A DNA stretch of 64,000 nucleotides from Octopus sinensis (Eukaryota): contig NC_043009.1 of NCBI RefSeq assembly GCF_006345805.1, positions 15,004,001-15,068,000 on the forward strand. Reading direction: 5' to 3'. Each line of letters starts with the position of its first letter. Within the stretch, counting starts at the first letter, position 1. Both the position numbers and the translations under genes were made by a program. The notes under the pieces were generated by a model. That model was not told the DNA's origin and ran no database searches. It saw only the letters and a list, made by a program, of their open reading frames with translations. Positions 51,028 to 64,000 of this stretch are shown here, one piece after another.

Positions 51028-52529
51028 TACTGGACAACAAATGTTTGCTAATGGGGTAAAAAGCATGTGTTTTAGAATAAATCGTGGGTGCTGATTCCGA
51101 ACCGCACTCAGAATTGTTCTAGCGCGTCAGGATTTTGAGTTATGCGCATGCGCAAGATTATAACTATAATTTCTCATCGGTATGTTTGCTAGGCTTATCT
51201 GGGTTTTTTTTTTCAAGTTAGAAAATAATGATTGTTTCTGTACTGATGCTAATGCACTCATGCAAAAACTAAGACAGCTGCATGTGACCTACGAATGGAG
51301 AATGTTTATAAACTCGAGATAGTGTAGCCTGAAAACTGTGTTGTTACATAATGGTAATGAAAAACCCTTCCGTTCCTGTGGCTCATGTTGTCGCTATGGA
51401 AGAAAATTATGAATCGATGGACATCATCCTGAAAGAAATTAATTTCTCAGTTCAGAAGTGAAATATTTGTAGTGATTTAAAGGTGACTTTTCCTCCTAGG
51501 ACTGCAGCTGGGATATACCAAATATATGCGCTTTTTGTGTGTTTAGAACAGCCGCGACGATAACAATCATTACACTGTAAAAACTGGCCTAAAAGACATG
51601 AGAGAATAGTTGGTACACACAATGTGCACCATATGTTACTGGTACACCCGCAATAAATCTTCCTTCCACCCTTTCACATCAAACTCGGCATTATGAAAAA
51701 GTTTGTAAAAGCAATGGCACACGATAGTTGTGATGTCCAGTACCAAAATGTAAAATTTGGTGCAGAAAAAAGTTAAGCAAAACAAATAACAAGCATTTTC
51801 ATTGGCTCCGAAATCAGAGAATTGATATCTGGTAGCAAATTCAGAGGTAAACTGAATCCAGTTGAGCTGACAGCTAGGGATTCATTCGTATTAGCTGTAC
51901 AGATCTTTCTTGGAAATCATAGAGCTGAAAAACTATGCTGATTTAATAAACAACATGCTGATGGCATATGGAAGAATGGGATGCCAAATGTTCATTAAAA
52001 TGCACTTCTTACATTCTCATCTCGATTCTTTCCTACGAATCTTGGTGCCGTTAGTGATGAACATGGTGAGAGATTCCACCAAGACAAATCTGAGATGGAA
52101 ACGAGGTATCAAGGCCGGTTCAATCTACGCATGATGGGTGACTATCGCTGGTTCCTACAACGGGAGAGCAGTACGAACGCATAAGCGCAAGAGCAAATGT
52201 CTCGAAATGTTTCAGAGCTGAGCATAACAAAAATAACGTATTCCCTTAACACAAATATACTATGTACCATTATATTATAATACTCTTTGCCTTGAACATA
52301 AATTTACTCTATACAGTACTAAAATACTATTATAATATTTATTTACCGTGGACTTAACTATTCCTGATTCTAATATAGTATTAATATATAATTATACGCA
52401 TAACTCAAACTCCTGATGTGCTATAGCAATTCTGAGTTCCGATTCGGAATCAGCGTACTCACTTTAGTTTAGTACAGCACCATTTGCCTGGGTAGCCGGC
52501 GATAACTCTTTTTTTTTTGTTGCCTAGTG
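51028..52529 (+). mobile_element. Chapaev3-type (CMC) DNA transposon, internally deleted and degenerate
   Basis: About 120-bp imperfect TIRs ending (C/T)AC...GTG, TAA duplicated on both sides; VLLHNGN, LPPFHIKLGIMKKFVKAM, KMHFLHSHLD and LGAVSDEHGERFHQD..METRYQG. Confidence 0.85.
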
Positions 52530-53284
52530 TAATTAAATTAAACAGAAAATCCACATAACCCACAAAATATAACTATTTTTCCAGTCATATGATACATGTA
52601 AATTGACGGTGCAAAAATGGGTTTAAACAAGCCTTTGAGTGATGATGTCACTCGATTTGCTAGAAATACTACTGAAACCATCCTCAAATCGCAACTTATA
52701 ATATTAAATAGCGAAATTATTATTTTTTATAATGATAGTGCAATTAATCTCAGTCAGGTGTAGCATGGGTTTAAACGACATATGCGTACTCATATTTAAG
52801 GTTTAACTTACCAAACGGTTTTCTGAAAAGATTATAATCGGAAATTCATATTTACATAGTGGAAGATATCTCTGTATAATTATTCAACTTTTCACAGATG
52901 TGTAGAGTGCTTTGTTTAGAATATATAGTGGTATGTGACATCGATGTGAAAAAATGCATATTAAGATAAAGCTACAATTATGCATGCAGATTATAACGTA
53001 GTCTTTACATGTGTTCGCTCTACAAAACAGCAATAAATGAGTAATTAAAGGTATATTATACTATAACATGTGACACAACAATACTATAGAACTATCACAG
53101 CATTTATATAGAACATAATTTATGACTTGATGAATGAACATTTTTCTTTAAATTGATTGCTGCTGCGGTGGGTACCGACGTAAGAGTTATTAGAATGTAA
53201 TAGAATTTATATAAATGTGGTAAATTTAATGTCATCACATACATTTCCAGAATTCTAATTAACACTTTGTCTAGGAAAATTGGA

Positions 53285-53432
53285 GGCGTAGGCATGGCTG
53301 TGTGGTAAGAAGCTTGCTTTCAAACTACACGGTTCAGTCCCACTAGGTGCCATATTGTGAAAATGTCTTCTACTACAGGCTCGAGCCTTGTGAGTGAATT
53401 TGGTAAAAGGAAAACGAAAGAAACCCGTCGTG

Positions 53433-53474
<42 letters not shown>

Positions 53475-53670
53475 CTTTGAACTTGTTTGTCGCCCCACTA
53501 TCGCTTGAAAACTGATGTCAGTGTGTTTATATCCCCGTGACTTAGCGTTTCAGAATAAGTGACCGATAGAATAAGTAATAGGCTTACAAAGAATAAGTTG
53601 CGAGCTCGATTTCTTCGACTAAAATCCCCTTAAAACATTGCTCCAGCATGGCTGCAGTCAAGTAAAAAGA
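53285..53670 (+). mobile_element. SINE family A
   Basis: ggcgtaggcatggctgtgtggtaag...ctccagcatggctgcagtcaagtaaaa. Confidence 0.9.
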
Positions 53671-53679
53671 CAGCTGATA

Positions 53680-54165
53680 TATTGAGTATTGAGGCGATGG
53701 TTACGTTGGACTGGAGACCTTATAAGAAAGAAGGATAGCAGGATCCCTTAGCAGATGCTATATGGAGTACATGTTAATGGCAAGAAACCCCGGCAGAAAC
53801 CAGGCCTACGATTTAAGGACTGAGTCAAGTCCTCATTAAAGGCCTTTGATATGCATGAGACTGACTGGGAGAGCAATGCTTGTTATCACCACTGATGGAG
53901 GAAGCGGGTCAAGAGGAGGGTCGACAACTTTGAGAGAGCACGTATTCTGCATGAAGAACTTAAGCGTGCTGCTCGAAATCGCTCTGTTTGTGTAGTGAAT
54001 GGGGAAAGCTTGGTTTGCAGTGTTTGCAGTCGTGTATGCTTGTCAAGAGCAGGGCTCATTAGCCACCAACGGAGCCATAAATGCAAAATATAAGTTACTA
54101 CTAGAGCGTACAATGTTCCTGAAGGTCAGCAATGGTCTTCTTCGATCACAAGTGGACGGCCATAT
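53680..54165 (+). mobile_element. RTE-type LINE 3' end with a C-terminal zinc finger
   Basis: LRWTG..RIP..MLYG..LRFKD..WE..WR..CSVCSRVCLSRAGLISHQRSH; short UTR followed by (GTAT)n. Confidence 0.85.
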
Positions 54166-54312
54166 ATGTACGTATGTGTGTATGTATGTATGTATGTATG
54201 TATGTATGTATGTATGTATGTATGTATGTATGTATGTATGTATAAATTAATATAAACAGCTAGGTGCAATGTAATATAAACAAAATAATTAATCGTCACT
54301 AAGTGTAACAAA

Positions 54313-55160
54313 AGGGTGTTAAAGCACCTACATAGCTATGAAATAACAGTTAAAATATTCTTAATGGTGCAAAAACAGCGATACATACACATGGACTGGG
54401 AAGTTAACCACCCGATGACCGTCAATTCCGTAGTTTTGCTTACTCCGTAGGCATCGTCAATGGTGACTGCTGAAACGGTCGATGATTTGGTTAATTTCGG
54501 CTGAAATTATATATATTTTTAACATAAATATTTATGTCTGAACTAACTACGTGCTAATGCGTATACTAAAAATTAAAATAAACAGCTAGCCACAATACAT
54601 ATTTCCTTACTACCCACAAGGGGCACAGAGAGGACAAGCAAGGACAGACAAACGGGTTAAATCGATTATATTGACCCCAGTGCGTAACTGGTACTTATTT
54701 AAATCAACCCCGAAAGGATGAAAGGCAAAGTCGACCTCGGCAGAATTTGAACTCAGAACGTAACGGCAGACGAAATACCGCTAAGCATTTCGCCCGGCGT
54801 ACTAACGTTTCTGCCAGGTCGCCACAGTACCATGAAGGAAAACATCAATCGTCGCTAAGTATAAGTAAGGCTGCAGAATCACCTACATTGCTAGAAATAG
54901 GAGTTATTATCATTTGGCTAAATGAGGCAAATTTTTATGTTAAATATATTTGTACTGGCAGACGAAATTAGCCGAGCCTTCGACCGTTTGAGTATTCACT
55001 ACTGACGGTTCCTACGGAATAGGTGAAACGAGACCTAGTCTGCTGATTCTGGAGACGTGCATTGGGTGGTCAACTTCCCTGTCAGTGTATATATATTGCA
55101 CTCTTCTAACTGTTTTAAGAGTTTCTTACCTCAAGTAATGTATGCGCTTTAGCACCCTTA
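54313..55160. mobile_element. Old MITE with long degenerate inverted arms, interrupted by a SINE
   Basis: aagggtgttaaagc/gctttagcaccctt, gggaagttaaccaccc/gggtggtcaacttccc, aaacggtcga/tcgaccgttt and ttaacataaa/tttatgttaa. Confidence 0.65.
54601..54823 (-). mobile_element. SINE family B, well preserved
   Basis: Minus strand GGCGACCTGGCAGAAACGTTAG...GAGTTCAAATTC (tRNA boxes), then the central domain GCCTTTCATCCTTTCGGGGTTGAT..AAGTACCAG. Confidence 0.9.
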
Positions 55161-55190
55161 GTCACATTTGATGGCAATTTAATTTTTCCC

Positions 55191-55241
55191 TACACACACA
55201 CACACACACATACAAACACACACACACGCAAACACACACAA

Positions 55242-55276
<35 letters not shown>

Positions 55277-55325
55277 CTGAGATATATAGGCAGACAGATA
55301 GACAGATAGACAGATGGATAGATAA

Positions 55326-55387
<62 letters not shown>

Positions 55388-55499
55388 GGAGGGATAGATG
55401 GATGAATAGATAGATAGGAAGAGAGAGAGAGATACATAGAAATACAGATAGATAGACAGATAGATAGGTAGATAGATAGATGGAGGGATAGAGGAATGA

Positions 55500-55543
<44 letters not shown>

Positions 55544-55633
55544 GTAGTTAGGTAGGTAGATAGATAAATAGATAGATATATATATAGATAGAAAGATGGA
55601 TGGATAGATAGATAGATAGATAGATGGATAGAC

Positions 55634-55727
<94 letters not shown>

Positions 55728-55750
55728 GGAGAGAAAGAGATAGATAGATA
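55191..55750. repeat. (CA)n plus long (GATA)n microsatellite
   Basis: Directly visible. Confidence 0.95.
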
Positions 55751-57314
55751 TTATATCCAAACAGCCAGCCATATAGTTATGAAATATGTTCATCTAGATG
55801 ATATTTAGATAGATAAAATATCCTTTTTTCTCTTACATTATTTTTTACCTAGCTCCTAATCATTATTTAAATTAACATATTTTCGTAATTGGAAACCATT
55901 TTAATGACATTTCTGTTTTATTCATTACGACTCCAGTATATTATGCTGACGCTTAAAGAAAGCACTATTGTCACACTGTTACAGCTATCTTGACATGTAA
56001 TAAAGTTACGTTGGTATGCTTTGCATCGCTTCTGCATAGTGACTCCTTTGTTCCCTTGAGCATGGTGGCCATCAGCTATTCTATGACAATAACATCAAGG
56101 GAGTAGATATATAATATTCCTGACATGATAGAAATTACTCATTGAAAACTGATGCGCCACAAATGGATATGCTGAATCAATAATAGCGCATAGCTTTTAT
56201 TGATACAGATCCAAACAAGGATATGGCCACTTGGAAAGGAAACAATATAAGAGCCTTAGATCTATGTGTCTTAATGAAAGTAAAATATCACTGTGAGGAA
56301 AATTAAACAATGCTGAGTTTACAGACTACTTTCATTTCTCAGATGAATACAATTCTTTTCATAACGAAACCCACTACTATAGATTTATACAATAGATACC
56401 AATGTTCCATGTGTTGTGTTTCACGAAAATATATCTGGCATTTTAACATCCCAAATAAAACAATATGCAATATTAATAAGTAGCGTGCACTGTATTGTAA
56501 CATTATGACGTGCTATGCGTGAAACAAAAGATAGTACGTAAAAAGTAATATTGAAAGCATGCCCAGATGAATTAGTCTATCACTTTCGACACACTCATCT
56601 CTAAATGTTATTTCAAATCCTTTCAAATTAATTCTTGAACTGGAAATTAAGAGTATATGCAAGGTTTATGACTTTTCAAGTGTGCACTGTACGTCAATGC
56701 AAAGTTTATGATAGTTACAGATTAAGTCCCAATCACTTCCTGATCTTATAAACAAATTGTAAATTGTGTACATATTTTGGTAGTAATTCTCCGCTTCTCA
56801 ATGTTATTAAGTATTTCTACAATACTGTACAAAGGCAATGTTATGCAAATTCTGGGCGAAGTTATGAAATACGAATGTGTGGAGTCATTTCACTGAGTAC
56901 AGAAAACTTCATTCAGAAGAAATAAAATCAAAATTCCAATTTGTACTTTTACATTGTGAACTGATTGCATTCCAGTCCCAGTATATTAGAACAATAGTAT
57001 TGCATTGTACAAACATTCATACACAACCACGCATTCACATACATCGCTATAAATATGTATTCTTGAGAATGTATTAATTATATATTAAAGCTACTAGTAT
57101 TTTCAACCGCTCGGTATTTCATGTTTAGTACACTGACATCTATAACTATATAAATAATTAAGAATTCTTGGCAGGTATCATATAAATATTAAATATAATA
57201 TTAAAATATTAATATTGTAATATTAATAGTTGATCTTGTATACGAGGAAAAGGACTAATTTCTCATGTATTAACGCATGTTTATGGATGTTGAAAAATCG
57301 ATCATCTGATATAT

Positions 57315-57403
57315 TGTTATTATTATCATCATCATCTTCATCATCATCATCATCATCATCACCCTCCTCCTCCTCATCATAATCATTGTTATTATTATTA
57401 TTA

Positions 57404-57470
<67 letters not shown>

Positions 57471-57485
57471 CATTATTATTATTAT
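57315..57485. repeat. (ATC)/(ATT)n microsatellite
   Basis: Directly visible. Confidence 0.95.
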
Positions 57486-57849
57486 ACGTTTGACTATTGT
57501 AACTCCTTTGTGGAAAATTCTTTTTGGTATAATACTCAATTAACCAATTTCAATATGAATAATTTGAATTAATTTAATTTAATTTCACCAAGTGAATCAA
57601 TTGGATATGGAAATATGGGAACGGCTGTAGGAAGAGGAATTGCATGTCACATGGATTTGAATATCTTGAAAAACCTGATGCCTATATGTCAATTTCTCCA
57701 CTTTCTTTTTATTATTCATAAATATTTTAAATACCCATATCGAACAAGGCAAGACTCACGTATTTAGTTTTTTAACTGAACACTGGTATAAACTGGAGAA
57801 CTAGAATGCAAACATCTCTTAAAGGATTATATCCACTTGGCATGATTAT

Positions 57850-57884
57850 ATAAACACATATGTATGTATACATATATATGTATA

Positions 57885-57934
<50 letters not shown>

Positions 57935-58026
57935 ATATATATATACATATATATGTATATTATATACATATACATATATGTGTATACATATATATGTATA
58001 TATATATATGTGTGTGTGTATTTATA

Positions 58027-58059
<33 letters not shown>

Positions 58060-58100
58060 GCATATATATGTATATATAGATATGCATATATGTATATATA
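57850..58100. repeat. Imperfect (TA)n microsatellite
   Basis: Directly visible. Confidence 0.95.
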
Positions 58101-58650
58101 TTCAGGAAACTTTGCTTATATGTTACACTAGCATCCACTTGAATAATAGGCTAATTGAATTTCCATGGAGATCTATAATGTGCTCCCCAAACGTGTTGAT
58201 AGAATTATATGATAAAATAAGATGGTTGCAAAAAGTGAGGGAAAGGTAGTAACAGAGAGAGGGTGGCTTATATTAGTGAAGGCAATGGGATATTAACGTT
58301 ACTACAGCTGTCGTATACACGCGACGTTGCATAAATACTTTCGTAAATACATAGATATAACACACACGCAAAAGCACACGCACACACAAACGGGGTGTGA
58401 GGAATATGTAAGTTTAAGGAGAGGGGAGGTAGGTGATTTTCTGCTGTCAATCGCAAAGAAGCACTCACACACAGATACCCCAACACACACACACAGACAT
58501 ACATCCATATATATACATACATACATGCATACATACATATGCCTAATATTCCCCATTTTAAACTCCTGATTACCTGCGTGTATGTTTGTAAATGTGTGTG
58601 CGTGTGTATATGTGTGCGTGTGTGAGTGCATGCGGGTAGGTGTGTGTGTG

Positions 58651-58718
<68 letters not shown>

Positions 58719-59311
58719 CGTCTTAGAACTCTCTGTCTCTAGTTTTGTAGGGCCTTCCCTGTTGCCGTCAGATATTGTGAGAATTTCAAATTACTTCAAA
58801 ATTTCCAAATTTGAAACATTGAAATAATTTTCCACGTTAAATCCGATTGTGTTATTTATTTGTTCCAGAAAAGTTGCAGAAAATTTTACTGAGATTTAAA
58901 TTGTAGTCAGTTTTATTTCATCAGCAAACAAGATTTGGAAGGTGGCATTTACTGCATGATATAAAATGAAAGCAAAATCATTAGGTTCAGGAATTTCTAT
59001 TAAACAAACGGAAGCAAAGCATTATGACGACCAAAGTTGTAAAATCTTCTGAAGTTTTGATCAAAAATGTTATGCGGAACCGTCAAACATACCAGTAAAT
59101 TATTTTAAAAGGCCCAAAAATCTTCAGCGCTGAAGTTTGACGAGAAATTGCGCAAATCTGTCCTGATTAAGAGGCCTATCTGTCGGGGAATACATACTCT
59201 GACAAGAAATAAATAAACATGTATATAAGACATCGTATTGTAAAAATTTATCGTCAACGACGGGCTATTTGGCTAGTATGTATAATATATATATATATAT
59301 ATTCTTATTTC

Positions 59312-59355
59312 GGCCAGAGTTCTTTCGTCACACTCCTGTGACCGCATCAGTGGTC
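59312..59355 (-). ncRNA. Near-canonical minimal hammerhead (A9 substituted)
   Basis: gacca-CTGATGC-g-gtcac(aggagt)gtgac-GAAAG-aa-CTC-tggcc; its 3' side runs into (TA)n. Confidence 0.55.
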
Positions 59356-59810
59356 CTTTGTTTTCTTCTTTCTTATTTGTGTCTCTCTTTACTAACCGTC
59401 AGCCATTTTGTATTTTTATTGTATTTCTTCATTTGCGCATGCTTATATCTCTATGTGCGTCTATGTTTATTTAGTGTGTGTGGGGGGGGGTGCCTCGAAT
59501 ATTTGTATCTTCTGTTTATATACATTCATGTAATTTTTTGTTGGTTCCATTGCGTGATGAGATTTTGTTTTACACATATATGTAATATGTATATATATCA
59601 TCGGCAGCATTTTGAGAGTAAGTCAAAAGCTGAAAGTTTCGTGTATTGGCACTTCTCAACCAAGAATGTGTCCACTGCCACTCTGTAACATCTGACGAAA
59701 TAACTTCTAACATACAAAATTTATAAAAATATATAATTTTTCAAAAATATATAACTTATAACTAGATCTCAAAAGTATAAAATGAATGATAACTATATAA
59801 TATAATAAAT

Positions 59811-59971
59811 GCGACTGGCTTCTTTCAGTTTCCCACTTCCAAATCCACTTACAATGCTATGGTCGGCCGGAGGCTATAGCAGGAGATACAAGCCCAGGGT
59901 TCCATGCAGTGGGACTGAACCAGGAACCATGTAGTGGGAAGCAATCTCCTACCACACAGCCACGTCTGGCG

Positions 59972-59973
<2 letters not shown>
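59811..59973 (-). mobile_element. SINE family A, 5' half
   Basis: Minus strand ggcgccagacgtggctgtgtggtag...ggttcagtcccactgc. Confidence 0.85.
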
Positions 59974-60046
<73 letters not shown>

Positions 60047-60071
60047 AGCAATGTACTTAATTCTAAAATCT

Positions 60072-60590
60072 CCATAAGAGATGCAAGTAGTAACTCTACT
60101 TCAACATGGCTGCTCCGTACGGAACAACGTTGCTATTCTTTTTTAACCCTAGAGGAACACCTTCTCCAGCTGGTTAACAAGACACCCTGTGTCCAATAGA
60201 TTGCTAGCAGGGGAGCGAATCCCTACCATCTATCGATTTGACAGGGCCAGTAGATCAATATGGTTTCAGATTATATGCCTTTCCTCAGTATTGGACACCT
60301 GCCTGCTACATATGGCAGTCGTTTGCCCTAACTAGAAATATAGAGAAAAATAAGCGCTGATCTTGCAACAAAGAAAGCAGCCAGTCCTAAAACGTCAATA
60401 AGGGACGCAAGTAATAACTATACTGATAAGTAGTGTTTGTTGCCCCATCAACGTGGCTGTTCCGTATGGAACGACGTTACTACTCTTATTTAACTCCAGG
60501 AGAGTGTGCGATATATTGCGACGTGTGTAGTGAATCCTTACCATCTAGCGAGTTGACAGCCTGGTTTCAAGGTATTTGCCCTTCCTCAGT
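60072..60590. repeat. Two diverged tandem copies of a repeat related to the 26.5-kb structured family
   Basis: ataagagatgcaagtagtaact / ataagggacgcaagtaataact, tggctg.tccgta.ggaac.acgtt.cta.tctt.tttaac and gaatcc.taccatcta recur about 320 bp apart. Confidence 0.6.
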
Positions 60591-63582
60591 TTGTGGGCAG
60601 AATCTTGAATGGAAAAAAATTCCCGATCAAAAATTGCTATGCACTTCTGGCATACATCATTCTCTCCGTACATACTACAGAACTTACTGCGGGTTTTCGC
60701 GGCTTTTCATTTTTCAAATAGGAAGGCATGATTTGTCAAAATCATTTTAAACGCACAAGCACTATCTGTCTCAACGCAAGTTTGCATCGAACTACGTTAG
60801 TATGTCAGCTATCTAATGAGTATGCATCTGCATAAGATAAAATGTGAACGCTGTGTTTGGCGAACCCAATATTCAAGAAAAATATTTCATTCTGAGATAA
60901 AAAAACGTTATTATATAATAATTTAATGCATGTATCTCATTATATATATATTCTGTGTTAAACATTTTTTCATATATTAGTCAATGGCGTCATATTTAAT
61001 TTTATACACAATCTTACATAACAACCCGATCATGCTAAATAGTTGTATGACAACCGTAATTATTCATAAAATAACTGAGCACACAATATGCCATAAATAT
61101 TAATTTACTTTAATACATATTTATTGATTGCTTGATTCTTTGTTATATATATATATATAACTTGAACACATGTTATGACATGATGAAAATATCCAAACCG
61201 AAATTTATTTAAATGTTCCAATGCATTTTCTTTATCTATTAAAATCATTTTGAAAAGTTCAATGATATATAATCGATAGACGTACATATTTCAGTGAGTA
61301 AATACTGTCTTTGTTTGTTGCTTTGCCGGGGTCTATTTTGCTTTTAATAATTTCTGTGTCCATGAAATATGCACTAGTTTGGTACCAGGTACCAGTAATC
61401 GACTATTTCCTTCTCTCCAAGTTCAGATCTTATAAATTCTAAAACATATTCAGAACACTTTTTCAGAAAAAAATCTCCGTTCAGTTGGAACAGCGAAGAC
61501 AAATTTATGTTGGGCAAAATGAGTGAGAACTATTAAGGTAATTCTGCCGCTTCAAATTATGAGAATTGCTTTTTCAAAAACTAATCATAAGCATAAAGTC
61601 AACATGATAAGAAATGCAGTAAAACATTTTAAATTGCTAAGGTAAATGAAAGCGGTTCATGGAAAAATGCCCTGTGATATGAAATGAACGAAACTCGACT
61701 AGGTCTATGATCTCAACGTAAAGTTGAGATCTATAGCTTCCTCGGGATCTGCTAGATTGGCTCTCTTTGTGATATATTTACATGCCATACAATTAGAGAA
61801 GAAATTATCCAACTATTTAATTACCAATTTTAATTACAATCGAGTTGCGTTTGAGGAAATATTTCTCACCTTGTACCTGTCACCTGAATCTTTCAAACTC
61901 CACATCAACAACCATAACTATGCCGAACAATTTTTACTCCCTAAGACGATGGAACAGTTCAAAATTATGATACAACCCTTGCAATGTAATGGCTTCAAAC
62001 AAGTACAGAAAAATTAACGAAAAATAAGAAATTACTCATTCTACTCCACTTACGCATTTTACCTCGCCCCCTATACATTGAGCGAGTTTATGATATTTTG
62101 TAACCTATCTAACAGACTTCCCCACATTTTCCATCTATCCAAATTTTATGAAACCGTGACAATAAGCCAGTCATTTCAATTTACTCCAAAACCTCATGAT
62201 TGCATAGCGAATGTCTTAGTCCGTTTATGATGCTTCAGATCTTAGGCACACATACAAATCGCAACACTCCATACAAAGACAAATTAGGATATGGTTTTTG
62301 TGGAAATCGAAATAGAGGGAGAAATATAGAGTATGTTTTATTGTTTAGTAGATTTAATTTGTGGGAGGAAAAAGACTTTTCGTGTTTGTGTTCGAGAATC
62401 CTAGCAGAGCTGTTGATTTGGAGAATATTACTATGTGACCACATGGGTGACCAAACAAAATAGTGCCGGATTACATCGGCGTTGCTGAAAATGTCCATAT
62501 GCTCAAAGGAATATTTTCTTAAAACCAACCATTTTACCTGTCTTCAATCTAGTGGCGAATTGGTGAAAGTGTCTACAAAAAGTGCATGTCCAAATTTGAA
62601 CTGGATCGGGATTGAGTAGCTGTACAGGAGGAAAGTAAGTCATCGAAATTAGAAATATTGAGCTTTCAAGGATAGGTGGGCTGAACCTGGTTGAATTATC
62701 TCTCATGAGATCTATCGCACCTGGGAAAAGCCATAGACAAGTTTTTCCTCTAAGTATCAAAATTAATTATTTCACAGTGAACATACCTGCATCGATATCA
62801 TCAGCTAAATATCATAGAGAAGTTTTATGAACATATTTACTTTGAACGGTTTGTCGATAATGACGCCATGCCATATATCAACGCCGAAGAGGCATACATT
62901 GGTCTTTGACACACAGCAGATACATGTGCATTTACGACAGTATCTTTATCATGGCAGAATGTGATAATCAAATGAAGAATCTTTAATTATATGCATAGAT
63001 TCTGCAGCAGTTGTTAATTATCACTGCAATTGCAAACGTAATCTTATATGATGTTATGTCTTAATAAAGGCACGTCAAATCAACCTTAGATAAAAGGTGT
63101 TAAATCTTAGATATTTATAGTGAGGATCAGATAAAACGTAGAGTTTAGATTGTAGGTGATCCCACATTCTGTTTTGATTCACAGTTATCCATATATCATG
63201 TTGTCAACAGAGTTAATCGCCTTTTGAATAGTATAATTTTTATTACATCAATTCCAATTAATCCCAAATGCTTTATCATTTATCACCAAACATATTTTTA
63301 AAAAGATTTCGCATGCGTTGATTATCAATGGGAAATAGTTGGCGAAAGTAATATGCAAAATGCAATATGCGCTCACTGATGAATTAATGCTCATTGACAT
63401 TTGGCACAAAATATGCAAATTAAATTCATACAAGCCATACATTAAGAACGATTCCAAATCGCCATTTCTTTATGGTAATTATGAGATGTAGTACGGTTAA
63501 TAAAATGATATAAGAGGTTGAAGATGATGAAGTGGATGCAGAGTATGGGGATTAGCATATGAGTAGAGGAGGCATTGGCAGG

Positions 63583-63641
63583 GATGATGACGATGACTAC
63601 CATCAGCCCGTTGATGATGACGACGACGACGATGCTGATGC

Positions 63642-63699
<58 letters not shown>

Positions 63700-63732
63700 C
63701 AGGAGGAGGAGGAGGAGGAGGAAATGGAGGAG
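63583..63732. repeat. (GAT)n(GAG)n microsatellite
   Basis: Directly visible. Confidence 0.95.
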
Positions 63733-64000
63733 TGTCTAACAAAACGGCAATACAGAAAGAAAGAAAGAAATGTTGCGAAATATGAATAATATAAACTAAA
63801 ATAATAGAAACAGAAATCATGTTTTCATAAAAAGGAGTTAAAAGTATAAATACAGAAATATAATTAGAAAGAATAAGCCAGAACTATTATAAATTCGAAA
63901 TACATTACGAAGGAAGAAGGAAAGAATAACGTTGAAACAGTGAGAGAGATGTAGAGATGAAAAATAAGAATAGCTCATTCAAGTGATTTAAAATATTGAC

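Noticed and set aside
61724-62760. Cluster of 85-97 aa ORFs on both strands
   Set aside because: No recognisable motifs; the flanking splice-like sites give stops in the frames checked

Overview
AT-rich, microsatellite-dense eukaryotic DNA. The SINE and LINE-tail families look like those of octopod cephalopods; this is from recall and was not checked against a database. No intact host protein-coding gene is recognisable, and almost all ORFs in the supplied track are microsatellite artefacts. The window is a transposon graveyard: Penelope-like elements (GIY-YIG endonuclease and RT remnants), two opposite-strand clusters of R4/Dong-type LINEs packed into (TAA)n tracts, RTE 3' ends, two tRNA-type SINE families, Helitron Rep fragments, and maT, mariner and Chapaev3 DNA transposons. 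The most striking signal, invisible to the ORF track, is about 12 type I hammerhead ribozyme motifs from largely unrelated sequence families. Most have minimal palindromic stem III and many sit in tail-out inverted repeats. One is a U3-A8 compensatory core variant inside a 354-nt terminally redundant non-coding unit that resembles a retrozyme. Several good splice-site-bounded candidate exons on the minus strand suggest the window may lie inside a spliced host transcript.
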